A stretch of 64,000 nucleotides of DNA from Minisyncoccota bacterium (GTDB lineage: Bacteria; Patescibacteriota; Minisyncoccia; Phycocordibacterales; SBAW01), in assembly GCA_035549255.1 (NCBI GenBank), contig DASZRD010000009.1, positions 49,071 through 113,070 of the forward strand. Reading direction: 5' to 3'. Below, piece after piece: positions 1 through 15,000 of the stretch. Numbering within the stretch: the first letter of the stretch is position 1; the number at the start of each line of letters is the position of its first letter. Made by a program: the position numbers and the translations under genes. The notes under the pieces were generated by a model, which did not search any database, was not told the DNA's origin, and saw nothing but the letters and a program-made list of their open reading frames with translations.

Positions 1-3000
1 GCGGTCGTGGGCGACAACAGCTTCACCTTCGACGGCACGACGCTCAATGCGCCGGCCGCGGTCTTTACGACGCTTACCAATCTCGGCTCCGCCAATCTCG
101 GCACGGTCTCGACCGGCGTGTGGCACGGCACCGCCATCGCCGACTCGTATGTCGCGGACAATCTCACGATCAGCGGCGGGACCATCAACAACACGCCGAT
201 CGGCGCTGCGACGCCTTCGACGGCGGTCTTCACCAATGCCACAAGCACCAACGCGACGACGACCAATTTCTATGCCTCCGGCCAGACTCGCCTCGGCTCG
301 CTCACCGGCCTTGTTTCCGCAAACGGCGGCATCGTTACCGCGGTCGCGACCAACACGCTCGGGCTCCTCGGCTCGACCAGCCTCTCCGCAACCGCGCCGC
401 TCGCGTACAACTCATCGACCGGCGTCTTCTCGATAAGCCAGGCGAGCGGCAGCCAGGACGGCTATCTTGCTTCTGTTGACTGGACGCAGTTCAACAACAA
501 AGTTTCCTCGACCTCGCTCTCCGCAACGGGGCCCCTGGCATACAATCCCGCGACCGGCGTCTTTTCGCTTGACCAGGCGGGTACCTCGCAAGACGGTTAC
601 CTTTCCTCGGCAGATTGGAACGTATTCAATAACAAGATTTCTTCCTCGAGCCTGTCGGCGGCCGGCCCGCTCTCGTACAACTCTTCGACCGGCCAGTTCA
701 CGATCTCGCAGGCAAGCGGCTCGCAAAATGGTTACTTGAGCTCTGGTGATTGGACCATCTTCAACAATAAAGTTTCTTCAAGCTCGCTCGCGCTCGTCAT
801 CAACCAGGCGTACCCGTTCCCGCAGGCGGGCAATGGCACTTCGACGCTCACCCAGTTCAACGGCGGCATCACCGCCTACGCTTCGTCGACCATCTCGGCG
901 CTAACGTCTATCTTCGCGACCACCAGCAGCTTCGCGATACTCAACGTGCCCTCGGCGCTCCTTACGACCAATGCACAGGGCCAAGTCGTCGCAACTTCGA
1001 CGCTGGGGGTCGCCTATGGCGGCACGGGATCTTCGACGCTCGGCGGTATCCTCATCGGCAACGGCCGCGGTAGCGTCACCTCGGCAAACGTGTCGGCGCC
1101 GCTGAGCTTCTCCGGAAATACGCTCTCGATCCAGGCTGCGAGCGGCTCGCAGAACGGCTATCTCTCGAGCGCCGATTGGACGACATTTAACAACAAAATT
1201 TCCTCCACTTCGCTTTCAGCCGCCGCGCCGCTGTCCTACAATAGCTCGACCGGCCAGTTCACGATCTCGCAGGCAAGCGGCTCGCAGAACGGCTACCTTT
1301 CTTCGAGCGATTGGAACTCCTTCAACGCGCGCCTCTCGACGACGACGCTCGGCCTCTTCGACAAGGGCTACTTCTTCTCGACGACGTCGGCCGATTATTA
1401 TCTTTCGCAGCAGAGCCTCGTCGGATTCTCGACCACGTCGGCTAATTACTGGAAGACGCAGAATAACTTCTTCTCGACCACCTCGGCGATCTACTTCGCC
1501 AATGCTTCGACCACCATCCCCAAGACGTACACCGCCAATACCTTCACCGGCGCGCAGACCTTCCAGAACGGCATCACGACTAACGCGCTCTCGGTAGGCT
1601 CCCTTACCGGCCCCTTGCAGGCGATCGGTGGCGTCGTCTCCTCGACCTCGACGCTCTCGATCATCTACGGCGGCACCGGCACCTCGACGCCCCCTACCTA
1701 CGGCAAGGTACTCCTCGGCAATGCGCAGGGCGGCTACGATTTGGTCGGCACCTCGAGCCTCGGCCTCATCACCAACAACTCGCTCTCGGCGATTGTACCG
1801 CTCCAATACAACACGGGTACGGGCGTCTTCTCGATCCAGAACGCCAAGGCGGACTCCTCGACGCTCGGCGCCGCAACCTTCGCGTCGAACGACTTCAACG
1901 ACAACGGCTCGGGGCTGATCTCGATCGACTACGCGAACGCGCAGAAGGCGACTGGGAGCCAGGCGGGCCTTCTCGCCAGCTCCGATTGGAATGTCTTCAA
2001 TAACAAGATATCGTCCTCCTCGCTCTCGGGCGCCTCGGTCATCGCGTACAACGGCACGACGGGCGTCATCTCGACGCAGGCGGGGACCTTCGGCGGGAAC
2101 GCAAGCAGCGTGTACACCTTCCCGGGCGACCTCGTCACCACGGGCACCGCGACGACCACCAATCTTTACATCGGCGGTACGATAAGCGGCGCCAACCTCT
2201 CCTCCTGCTCGGGCGCATCAGATAAATTGCTCTGGAATTCCTCGACGCAGCAGTTCTCCTGCGGCACGGACGCGGGCGCATCCGGCTCGGACGTCAACTG
2301 GACGCACTTTAACAACAGCGGTATCCGCGTCACGACCGCGACCGACCAGGTGCTCATCGGCTTCACCTCGACCTCGAGCCTCAGCAAGCTCGAAGTACAC
2401 GGCGGCGCGACGATCGACAACGCGACGACGACCAACCTGGTTACTACCGGCGTCGCGTATTTCAGCGGCAATGTCGGCATCGGCACTACGTCGCCCTATC
2501 AGAGCCTGACCGTCGCGTCGGGTAATATCCTCCAGGTCGCCGGCAGCAACCCGACGCTCGCGACCTCGACGGCCGTCGGCGGCTCGACGTACGGCGTATA
2601 TACCTCGGGCAACTACGCGTACGTCGCGGCCGGCAGCGTGCGCATCGTCGACACGACCCAGCCGGGAGCCTCGAAGGTCGTCGGCTCGTATACGGGCACC
2701 ACGCAAGCACAGTCGATCGTCGTCTCGGGCAAGTATGCCTACGTTGGCGATGCGAGCGCGGGCCTCGCGATCCTTGATGTCAGCAACCCGGCAAGCCCGA
2801 CGCTCGTCGGCAGCCTCAATTACTCGACCGTGGGCCACCCGCTCTCGATAGCGCTCTCGGGTCGCTACCTTATCGTGCCGGACTTTGATTCGGGCAAGGT
2901 AAGCGTCGTTGATATCGCGAACCCGGCGGCTCCGGCAGTGGTCGGTACCTACACCACCGGCGGCGCGCCCGCGACCGTCGCGCTCTCGGGCAAGTACGCC

Positions 3001-6000
3001 TACATCGGCGACCAGGCGGACGGCAATATATATATAGAAGACATCAGCAACCCGGCGAAGCCGGTCGCACTCTCGCCCTACACCGGTCTCTTGGGCCCGC
3101 AGGCGATCTACATCTCCGGCCGCTACGCCTACGTGGCTGACATTGCAGGCGGCCTCTACGCGCTCGACATCAGCAACCCTGCGAGCGTCTCGCTCGCAGG
3201 GTCGAAGACTGGCACCGGCTACTACACGGTCGAGGTTGCGGGCGACTACGCGTATGTCACCGATTCTTCGGGTAATCTCGTCGTTCTTGACGTTCACAAC
3301 CTTGGCAGCATTACGACCGCAGGCACGTATGCCACTGGCGTGAGCCCGCGCGGGCTTGCGCTCTCGGGCAAGTACGCGTACGTCACCTCCGGCAACTCGA
3401 CCCTCAAGGTGGTCGACATCAATGGCGCCAAGCTCCCGGCGGCTTCCATCGGCACGATTGAGACTAATAGCATCAATGTCGCCGACGCGGTCAAGGTTGG
3501 CGGCGACGGCTTCTTCGGCGGCGGGCTCAATGTCGGGGCTAGCGGCATCTTTAGCCGCGGCGGGCTCGCGGTGCTCGGCTCCACGACGCTGACCGACCTT
3601 ATCGCCAAGAATGCGACTACGACCAACGCGACCTCGACCAATCTCTATGCGTCTTCGCTCATTGCGGGCAATGCGACATCTACCAACCTCTCTGTCTCGG
3701 GCGTGGCCTCGACGTCCAACCTTTATATCTCCAACCTTGTCGCCGGCGCTCTCGCTATTACTGCATCAGGGAAGGCATACAGCTTCTCGACCTCAACGTG
3801 GACCTTCGCTTCGTCAACACTTCTCGGCGACAGCAACACCTTCTCGGGCGGCAATAAATTTACCGGCAACACCACGCTTGCGAATGCTACCTCGACGAAC
3901 TTCGCGCTCACGAACATCACCAACGCGCTGCTTTCTACAAACGCAAATGGTTCGATAATCCCGACTACGATCTCAAGCCCACTTACCTTCAGCGGCAACA
4001 CGCTTTCCATACAGCAGGCGACCGCGTCGCAAAACGGCTACCTGTCTTTAACTGACTGGAATACCTTCAACGACAAGATTTCCTCGACAAGCCTCTCGGG
4101 TGCGTCGGTCATCTCGTACGATTCGTCCTCCGGCGTCATCACCACACAGCCGGGCACCTTCGGCGGCTCGGGCACGTACGCATTCCCGAACGATGTTCAG
4201 GCCAACGGCAATATAACTGCCGAAGTCGATGGCGGCGCAAGTTCCGGCCCGAATATAAATCTCGTAAACTCGGGCGGCTTCGGCGTCGGCGGCATCAACT
4301 TCTTCACCTACGCGGGGCAGACGGTGCCTTCGGCACAATGGGAGGCCGAGGATGTCGGCAACTGGACGGCCGATCAGATCTTCTCGACGAGCGTCGGCGG
4401 AGGGACTGATGCACCGCTTGCGGCCCGCCTCATCATCAAGGGCACGACCGGGTATGTGGGCATCGGCACCACCTCGCCTCTCACGACGCTCTCCGTCGGC
4501 GGCAATACCTACCTTGGCGGCAGCCTCACCGCTACGGGCACGGTGCAATTCTCCAACCTCGCGGCGGGCGCAGTTGCCGCAACCGCCAACGGCCAGCTCT
4601 ACACCTTCTCCACATCGACGTGGACCTTCGCTTCTTCGACGCTCCTCGGCGACAGTAATACGTTCTCTGGCAATGATACGTTCACCACTGCTCCCAAGCT
4701 CGGCTCTCTGACTGGTTTGGTGGCAGGTAACTCGGGCAATCTCTATGGCCTGTCTACTTCGTCGCTCAACGCCTCGATCACCGGCCAGGCAGGCAATGTA
4801 GCCAACAGCGTCACGTTCAACAACGGCGGCTCGGGCGCCTCAAGCGGCTCGACGTTCAACGGCTCATCGGCCGTCACGATCTCGTACAACACCATTGGTG
4901 CGGTCCCGGCAACCCGTAACATCAACACTACCTTCCCGCTCCAGGGCGGCGGTTCTCTTGCCTCTGACCTCACCATTACCTCTGCCTTCGGTACCACGAC
5001 CACCACCGGCCTTACGCCGAACCAGATCCTCTACACCAATGCCAACGGCGTTCTTACCACCGCGGCGTCCTCGACACTCAACCTCCCGAATGCCGCGCTT
5101 CAGAACTCGAGTGTCACGGTCAACGGCATCACCTGCACGCTCGGGAGCACCTGCACCGTCGCTTCGACGACCCTCCTTGCTAACAGCAACATCTTCAGCG
5201 GCAACAACACGTTCACCGGCAACACGACGCTTGCCAACGCCACCTCGACTAACCTCGCGCTCACGAACATCACGAACGCGCTGCTCTCGACCAACGGCAG
5301 TGGCTCCATCATCCCCACCACAGTCTCTTCGCCGCTCACGTTCTCGGGCAATACGCTCTCGATCCAGCAGGCGAACGGCAGCCAGAATGGCTACCTCTCC
5401 TCGACCGACTGGACTCAATTCAACAACAAAGTCTCTAGCTCGTCGCTCGCGACGATTATCAACTCCGCATACGAGTTCCCAGGCAATGCAACGTCAACGC
5501 AGCTCACATTTAACGGCGGCCTTGTTGCTACGGGCGCAACTACAACCAACCTTGCGGTCACCGGCACTGCATCGACCTCCAACCTCTTCATCTCGAATCT
5601 CGCAGCAGGCGCGCTCGGTATTAACGCATCAGGGAAGGCGTACAGCTTCTCAACCTCGACGTGGACTTTCGCATCCTCGACGCTCCTCTCTGACTCGAAC
5701 ACCTTCAGTGGTAATAACAAGTTCACCAATCCCATTACGCTCGGCACTCTCAACGGCCCGCTCCAGGCCAACAACGGCGTCGTCTCGGCAACCTCGTCGG
5801 TCGGCGTCCTCTACGGCGGCACGGGCCTCACGAGTGCGCCTTCATATGGCAATATCCTCGTCGGCAATTCGTCGGGCGGGTATACGCTCACCGCTACGTC
5901 TTCTCTCGGCCTCGCATCGCTCTCATCCTTCTCCGCCACTGCGCCGCTCTCGTACGATTCTTCAACTGGTGTCTTCTCGATCAGCCAGGCCAACGGCAGC

Positions 6001-9000
6001 CAGAACGGCTACCTTTCTTCGGTTGATTGGACTGCCTTCAACAACAAGATCAGCAGCACGAGCCTCTCGGGCGGCACGGGCATCAATTACACCAGTTCGA
6101 CCGGCGTCATCACCAACACCGGCGTCATCGCGGTCGGCCCGGCAGGCCAGACGCAGAACGGTACGGTAACGATCGCTTCGACCACCGCATCGTTTAACGG
6201 CCTTACCTTCGGGGTGCAGACTGTTGGCGCGGCCGGCACGCTCACCAATACGCCGACCATCGCTGGCACGCTCGACAACTCGGGCCTCACGCACTCGACC
6301 ATCGGTCTCGCCGACGCCAACTCGACGCTTACGGTTTCGGGCTCTCCGGCTGCGCTCGGCGCCAGCCTCTCCGCCACCCTCAACCTCGCGCACGGCAACA
6401 TTTGGACTGCGGCCTCGACCACCTTTGTCGGAGGGGTCACGATCGGCTCGGCCACGACGACCAACCTTGTCGCAACCAATGCCACGACCACTAACCTGGC
6501 GATCACCAGCCTTGCCAACACGCTTCTCTCCGTCAATGCGCAGGGGGCTGTGGTTGCCACCTCTTCGCTCTCGGTCAACTATCTTGCGGGCGTGCTGCCG
6601 GTCGGCAACGGCGGCACGGGCTCCTCGACGCTCGGCGGCATTCTCACGGGCAATGGCACGGGCCAAGTTACATCCGCACAGGTCTCGAGCCCGCTCACGT
6701 TCTCCGGCAATACGCTCTCGATCCAGGCTGCGAGCGGCTCGCAGAACGGCTACCTCTCCTCGACCGATTGGACGACATTTAACAACAAGATCTCCAGCAC
6801 GTCGCTCTCCGCATCCGCGCCGCTCTCGTACAATTCTTCGACTGGCCAATTCTCTATTTCGCAAGCCAATGGTTCTACGAACGGTTATCTGACCTCGAGC
6901 GACTGGACGCAATTTAATGCCAAAGTCTCAAGCTCCTCGCTCGCGCTCGTCATCAATCAGGCATACGAATTCCCGAACAACGCGACCTCGACGCAGATCG
7001 CGTTCAACGGCGGGCTTACCGCGGCAGGCGCCACGACGACTAATTTGAGCGTGAGCGGCACTGCATCGACTTCAAATCTCTTCATCTCCAACCTCGCTGC
7101 CGGTGCTCTCGGTATCAATGCGACAGGGAAGGCGTACAGTTTTTCTACCTCGACCTGGACCTTCGCTTCGTCAACATTGCTTGGCGACAACAACACGTTC
7201 TCTGGCACCGATACCTTCACCAACGCTCCAAAACTCAGCACGTTGACTGGCCTCATCAGCGGCAACTCTGGCACTCTCTATGGCACAGCGACTGGTACGG
7301 TTTCGGGTAGCAATGGTATCTCGGTCACCGCAGGCCAGTCGATCATCGGAAGCGGCCTCACGATCACAGCAACCAATGCCGTGGCAGATGCTTCGACCAA
7401 GGGCGTCGCCACGTTTGCTGCCAACGACTTCAACGACAACGGCTCGGGGCTCATCTCGATCGATTATGCAAACGGCCAGCTCGCGAGCGGCAGCCAGAAC
7501 GGCTTCCTCTCGAACTCTGACTGGAACTCATTTAACTCGCGCCTCTCGACCACAACACTCGGCCTCTTCGACAAGGGTTACTTCTTCTCAACCACTTCCG
7601 CGTCGTACTTCCTCGCACAGAATCAGGGCAACGCATTCTCCACGACATCCGCGATCTACTTCGCTAATGCTTCGACTACCATCCCGAAGACCTATACCGC
7701 CAACACCTTCACCGGCGCGCAGACGTTCCAGAACGGCATCACGACTAACGCGCTCTCGCTCGGCACGCTCTCGGGCCCGCTCCAGGCCAACAACGGCGTC
7801 GTCTCCGCCACCAGCTCGATCGGTGTCCTCTATGGCGGCACGGGCCTCACGTCAGCACCGTCCTATGGCACTATCTTGGTTGGCAATTCTTCGGGCGGTT
7901 ATACGCTCACCGCAACTTCGAGCCTCGGCCTCGCGGCGCTATCGTCCTTCTCGGCAACCGCTCCGCTCCAGTATGACAACACGACCGGCATCTTCTCGAT
8001 CACGCAAGCCAACGGTAGCACCAACGGCTACCTTTCTTCGGTTGATTGGACTGCCTTCAACAACAAGATCTCGAGCACCTCGCTCAGCGCCACCGGCCCG
8101 CTCTCGTACAATCCGTCGACCGGCGTGTTCGCGATCTCCCAAGCGAACGGCTCTACGAACGGCTACTTGAGCAGCACTGACTGGAATACGTTCAATCAAA
8201 AGGTTTCCTCGTCCTCGCTTTACTCGTACGTGGCAGGGAACAAAGACTGGCAGATAATAAACGGCGCCCTCAGCCCGACCACCACGCTCGGCATCGGCGT
8301 GTACGCCTCCTCGACCATCGGCAATGGCGCGCAGAGCGGCGGCCTCACCGTAAACGGCGGCGCGACAACAACCGGCAACGCGTACTTCGCGGGGAACGTC
8401 GGCATCGGTACCCAGTCGCCGAGCGCGCGGCTCGATATCAATGCTTCGTATACGACTACCGGCTTCCCGCTCAGCGTTAAAAATTCGGGGTATTACAACG
8501 CCTACTTCCAGGGCACGAACGCCAACAACCAGGCGTCCTTCTATATGGAGAATGACCGCGGCTCATTCGCATCCTACGGCGGATTCCTCTACGGCGGCTC
8601 TACCAGCGGCCTCTCGAACCTCTTCGGCGCGCCGCGCGCGGATCGCCTGTTCATGTTTGCCGATGGCGCATCGAACCTCGGTTATTACGTCGGAACCCTT
8701 ACGGCGCAGCCATTCGTGATCGGCACGAACAATCTTGAGCGCGCGCGAGTCGACGGCACGACCGGGTATGTGGGCATCGCCACCACGTCGCCGCTCACGA
8801 CGCTCTCCGTCGGCGGCAATACCTATCTCGGCGGCAATCTGACTGCGACCGGCACGGTACAGTTCACAAATCTTTCTGCTGGCGCGGTTGCCGCAACTGC
8901 CAATGGCACGCTCTACACCTTCTCCACCTCGACGTGGACCTTCGCTTCATCGACGCTCCTTGGCGACAATAACACGTTCTCTGGCAACAACACATTCACG

Positions 9001-12000
9001 AATGTTCCGAAGTTGGGCGGCCTGACTGGTCTAGTGGCAGGGAACTCGGGTAATCTCTACGGACTCTCCACCACATCCCTCAACGCCTCGATCACCGGCC
9101 AGGCAGGCAATGTAGCCAACGCCGTCACCTTCAACAACTCCGGCTCCGGCGCATCCTCAGGCTCGACCTTCAACGGCTCGTCGGCGGTAACGATCTCGTA
9201 CAACACGATTGGTGCACAGGTTGCTGGTACGTATGTCACATCAGTAGGTGCAACCTACCCGCTCATCTCTTCGGGCGGCACCGCGCCGGTCATCTCCAGC
9301 GCCTTTGGTACGAGTACTAATTGGGGTCTTGGTGCCAACGGCATCGTCGTAACCAATGCCAGCGGCGTGCCGTTCATTGCGGCGTCTTCAACACTCAACC
9401 TCCCGAATTCCGCGCTCCAGAACTCGACCATAACCGTCAACGGCATCGCCTTCAACCTCGGCGACAGCAAGACCATTACCGCCGCAAGCTCGACCCTCCT
9501 TGCTAACAGCAACACCTTCTCAGGCAACAACACGTTCACCGGCAACACCACGCTCGCAAATGCGACCTCAACCAACCTCGCGCTCACGAACATCACGAAC
9601 GCGCTGCTTTCGACCAATGGCAGCGGCTCCATCATCCCGACAACCGTCTCCTCGCCGCTCACGTTCTCTGGCAACACGCTCTCGATCCAGGCGGCGAGCG
9701 CTAGCCAGAATGGTTACTTAAGCAGCACTGACTGGACCCAGTTCAACAACAAAGTCTCTAGCTCGTCGCTTGCTGCTGTAGTTAATCAGGCCTATGAATT
9801 CCCGAGCAACGCGACTTCGACCCAGATCGCGTTCAACGGCGGACTTACTGCAACGGGCGCAACTACCACTAACCTCTCGGTCACCGGCACTGCATCGACC
9901 TCGCAGCTCTATATATCTAATCTCTCAACCGGCGGTCTTGGTATTAGCTCGACAGGGAAAGTCTACTCGTTTGCAACGTCTACCTGGACTTTCGCATCGT
10001 CGACGCTCCTTGGCGACAGCAACACCTTCTCCGGCAACAACACGTTCACCAATGCGCCGAAGCTCGGAAGCCTTACCGGGCTCGTGGCAGGTAACTCGGG
10101 CAATCTCTATGGCCTGTCTACTTCATCGCTCAATGCAAGCATCACTGGCCAGGCCGGAAATGTCGCCAACAGCGTCACGTTCAACAACGGCGGCTCGGGC
10201 GCCTCAAGCGGTTCGACGTTCAATGGCAGCGGTGCACTTACGGTTTCCTACAACACTATCGGGGCGCAAGTTGCGGGGACGTATGTCACTTCGGTCAATG
10301 CAACGTATCCGCTTCTCTCGAGCGGCGGCACCGCGCCGACAATCTCGACCGCCTTCGGCACCACCACCAACACCGGTATTGGCTCCAACCTCTTCATCTA
10401 TACCGACAACAATGGCGTCTTCAAGGGTGCCGCTTCTTCCTCCCTTAACCTTCCGAACTCGGCGCTCCAGAATTCGAGTATTACTATCAATACGAGCGGC
10501 GGACTCACCGGCGGTGCAGCGGTCTCGCTCGGCAACTCGATTTCGCTCGGCTGCCAGGCCGCATCGGGGAGCCAGGCGGGCTGCCTCTCCTCGACCGACT
10601 GGACGACGTTCAATAACAAAGTTTCCTCAAGCTCGCTTGCCGCGCTCAATTACGCCGCATATCCGTTCTACGCGGCAGGGAATGCCACGACGACCCTTAC
10701 GCAGTTCAACGGCGGCCTGACTGCGTATGCGTCGAGCACCATCGGCAACGGTATTCTCGGCCTTACCGTCAACGGCCCGGCGACGACGACGGGCAACCTC
10801 GTCGTGCAGGGAAGCGGCACCTCGACCATTGCGGGCAGCCTCTCGGTCTCCGGTAACCTCAACTTCAACGGCAACTTGCTCCAGAATGGCGTACCCTTCA
10901 GCTCGAGCCAGTGGATTACGAACGGCTCGAGCATCTACTACGGCACGGGCAATGTCGGCATCGGCACCTCGACTCCCTACGCCAAGCTCTCGGTCGCGGG
11001 CGATATCGTGGGCGGGACCATCAACGCCACTTCGACCACGGCCACCTCGACCATCGCGGGCAGCTTCAATGTCGGCAACGGAGCGCTTAGCTACGACGTC
11101 AATTCCGGCATCACTTCTATTAATAATCTCCAATTGGGCGCGCAGACCTTCGACGCCGACGCGGGCATCCTCTCGTGGATCGACATGCCGGTGACCTCGG
11201 CCTCTTCGGCCGGTACGGTAGAGTCTTACAGCGCCCAGATAGACGGCAACCCGCTCCTTACTATATATAGTCAGTCCGACGGCAGCGGCGGCATCCAGAA
11301 TGCGGCCGTAGGTATCGGCACTACCTCGCCGTTCGCCATGCTTTCGGTGCAGGGCAGCGGCTACCTCGCGGGCAGCCTCACGATCACGGGCATCACTGCG
11401 ACCGGTACGGTGCAATTGACCTCCCTCACTGGCGGCGCAGTTGCGGCCAACCCCAACGGCACGCTGTATACCTTCGCGACCTCGACGCTTACTTCCGCCT
11501 CATCGACCCTCCTCGGCGACAGCAACACCTTCTCCGGCAACAACACGTTCACCAATGCGCCGAAGCTCGGAAGCCTTACCGGGTTCGTCGCCGCGAACAA
11601 CGGCACGCTCTATCAGCTTGCCTCCTCCTCGCTCAATCTTCCGAACGCCGCGCTCCAGAATTCGAGCATTACGATTAACGGCACCGCCTTCAATCTTGGC
11701 GACAGCAAGACGGTCGCGGCTGCATCCTCGACACTCCTCGGCGATACCAACACGTTCAGCGGCACGCAAAACGCCTTTACTAACAAGGTTGGCATCGGCA
11801 CCACCAGCCCCCGCACGACGCTCCAGGTAGCGGCGGGCGGCTCGGGCATCCTGCCCCAGGCGAGCAGCATCGCCGCGTTCGAGAGCAACAGCAATGGCTA
11901 CATCTCCCTCCTCACTCCGGACAGCGCGGAGAACGGCCTCCTCTTCGGCAGCCCGACGGGGGGCAACGCCGACGCCGGGATCATCTACAACAACAATACA

Positions 12001-15000
12001 AACCTGCGCGGCCTCACCTTCCGCACCGGCGGCAACAACACCCACATGGTCATAGACTCCTCGGGCAATGTCGGTATCGGCACCACCAGCCCGGGTGCCA
12101 CCTTCGCCGTAGCGGGCGACGGATACCTGACCGGCGCTCTTACGGTCGGCGGCCAGACCACGCTTGCTGCATCGCTCAATGGCTTGCTCAAAGCCACGAA
12201 CGGCGTCGTCTCGGCTGCTGTAGCAGGAACCGACTACAGCAACTTCGCATATCCGTTCCCGCTCACCGGCAACGCAACCTCATCCCTTACCCAATTCAAC
12301 GGCGGACTCACGGCATATGCGACTTCCACGATCGGCAACGGCGCGCAGGCGGGCGGCCTCACCGTAAGCGGTGGCGCGACGACGACGGGGAATGCGTACT
12401 TTGGGGGGAATGTTGGTATTGGGACCAACGCCCCGACCAGCGCGCTCACGCTCGCACTGGGCAACTCGATCGCCCTCTACAATACCGCCGACCAGACGAC
12501 CAACTACGAGCGCGGCCAGATTGATTGGACCTCAAACGCTCTACGCATCGAGACCGTGGGCGGGGGAAGCGGCTCCAACTCGAGAAGCGTCATTCTCTCC
12601 TCCGGCGGCGCGAACCTGGTGACCGCATCCGCAGGTACGGTCAAGGTAACGCTCAACGGCGGCACCTCGGGCGTCGGCCCGGGCGTCCTCACGAACGGCT
12701 CCTTCAACGGTGCTTCGACTAATCAGGTCGTGCAGTCGATCGCGCCAACCTTCAACCAGTCGGGCACCTCGGGCTATACCGCGCTCTTGATCCAACCGAC
12801 CGAAACCGCCGTCGGCTCGGGGAATAAGTACCTTATCCAGGCCGGCACCAGCACGGCGGCGACGCTCTTCGCCGTCGACAACGCGGGGAATATCACCACC
12901 AATATCACCGGCTCGACGCAATGCCTCCATGTCAATTCGTCCGGCGTTATCTCGGGCACTGGGGCTGACTGCGGCGCCGGCGGCTCGCCGTTCCCATTCA
13001 CGCCGCTCGCGCTCGGCAACGCGACGTCAACCCTGCTTCTCCTCAACAACGGCGTCATTGCCGCAGCGTCTTCAACGATCGGTAATGGTACTGCCGCGGG
13101 CGGTCTCACCATTAACGGTTCAGCTACCTCGACTGGTACGACTACTATCCAAAACGCATTTGCGGTCACAGGCACCAACGGCGGCGTTCCGGTCTCCGGC
13201 GCCGGTACTCGGCTCGAGTTTATTCCTAATCTGGGTGCGCTCCGAGCTGGACAAGTTTCTAGCACCCAGTGGGATGCTTCAAATATCGGCACTTCTTCTT
13301 TCGCGACCGGGCTTGATACTACAGCCTCTGGAGGTTACTCGGCGGCTTTGGGTTATCGAGCGACGGCAAGCGGTGTAGGATCATTTGCCGGCGGCTACTT
13401 TACCGATTGTGGAATGGGTATTATCTCCAGCGGCATTGGCTCGTTTGCATACGGCTATCTTAATCATGGTGTAACAGGCTGCGCGTTTACCCAGATACAG
13501 GCCTCTGGAAATGGCTCAGTTGCTATGGGATATGCGCTTGCCGGTAGAACCATTACTGCTACTCAATCTGGTTCGATCGCTCTCGGTTATGCGAATAACG
13601 GAAGCATTACATCGTCCGGCATTGGTTCATTTGCGGTTGGTGATGGCAATATTACTTCTTCGGGCAGTGGTTCCGTGGCCTTGGGCTATGGCGAGAGCGG
13701 CCTCCTTAGTGCCACTGGACAGGGTGCAGTCGCGATTGGCGCCAATGTTAACGCTACCCAGAACAACGCTCTCGCTTTCGGCTCCTCGTTCACCAACAAC
13801 ATCGCATCCACCTTCCAGGTCGGATTCTCCGCGACACCGACACTCACGGTCACCGCGACGAATACCGGCATCGGCACCACGTCGCCGTACGCCAAGTTCT
13901 CCATCTCTGCCAACGGCAGTGACACCAATAGCACTCTCTTTGCCATTGCATCTTCCACGAGTGGTACTGCAACCTCGACCTTGTTTGCAGTCTCTAACAT
14001 CGGCACTATTACCACCACGCTCGGTGCTGGTGCAGTCGGTGTGAACTCCCTCGGCCAGCTCTACAGCTTCGCTACTTCCTCGGGTTCGGCGGCGTCATCG
14101 ACTCTCCTTGCCGACTACAACACGTTCTCCCACCTCCAGCAATTCAACGGTGGCTTCACGGCGTATGCTTCTTCGACCATTGGCAATGGCGCGCAAATCG
14201 GCGGGCTCACCGTAAGCGGCGGCGCTACGACCACGGGCAACGCGTACTTCGCGGGCAACGTTGGCGTCGGGACAGTATCGCCTGGCTCGACGCTCGATGT
14301 TGGCGGCACGGCGCAGCTGCGCGGCGCGGGCGGTGGGACGGGACTGTATGTCAACAGCAGCGGCAACGTCGGCATCGGTACTACTGGGCAGAATGCCAAG
14401 CTTGAGATCCGCCAGGACGGCAATGGAGTCCAAACCCAGCTCGTCTTGCGCAATAACCAGGGCTCGAGCAATGGCGCGACATCGCGCTTGGGCTTCGGCG
14501 TCTACCGCGATGTCGACGCAACGGCGCTCGGCGCCGCGATCGATGCGATCACCACAGCAGGCATCCCGAACGGCGACAACGCCGAGGGCGCGATCCTCGC
14601 CTTTAGCACGACTAAGGATGGTACTTCCGGCCTGCAGGAGCGCATGCGCATCCTCAACACTGGCAATGTCGGCATCGGTACCAAGAATCCTCAGGCAACC
14701 CTCGACGTCCAGGGCACTGCATCATCGAGCAACCTCTTCGTTACCAACGCTGCCACCACCACCAGCCTTGCGATCACTGGTCTTACTTCGCAGTCCTGCA
14801 TCGGTACCAACTCGCAGGGCCAAGTCGTCGCGGGCACCTGCGGCGGAGGCGGCTCACCATTCCCATTCACGCCGTCTGCGCTTGGCAACTCGACTTCGAC
14901 TCTGCTTCTCCTCAACAACGGCGTCATTGCCACAGCGTCTTCCACAATCGGTAACGGAACAGCGACAGGTGGGCTCACGGTCAACGGCAATTCGACGACG

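Noticed and set aside
47-11415. Dozens of 60-420-aa Arg/Ser/Pro/Ala-rich ORFs in alternate frames and on the minus strand inside the giant gene (e.g. 47..436, 1216..1806, 2218..3297, 4895..6169, 5962..6912, 7280..8170, 10627..11415)
   Set aside because: This is typical high-GC out-of-frame noise. The single long frame-1 ORF explains the region and all of these are nested within it.
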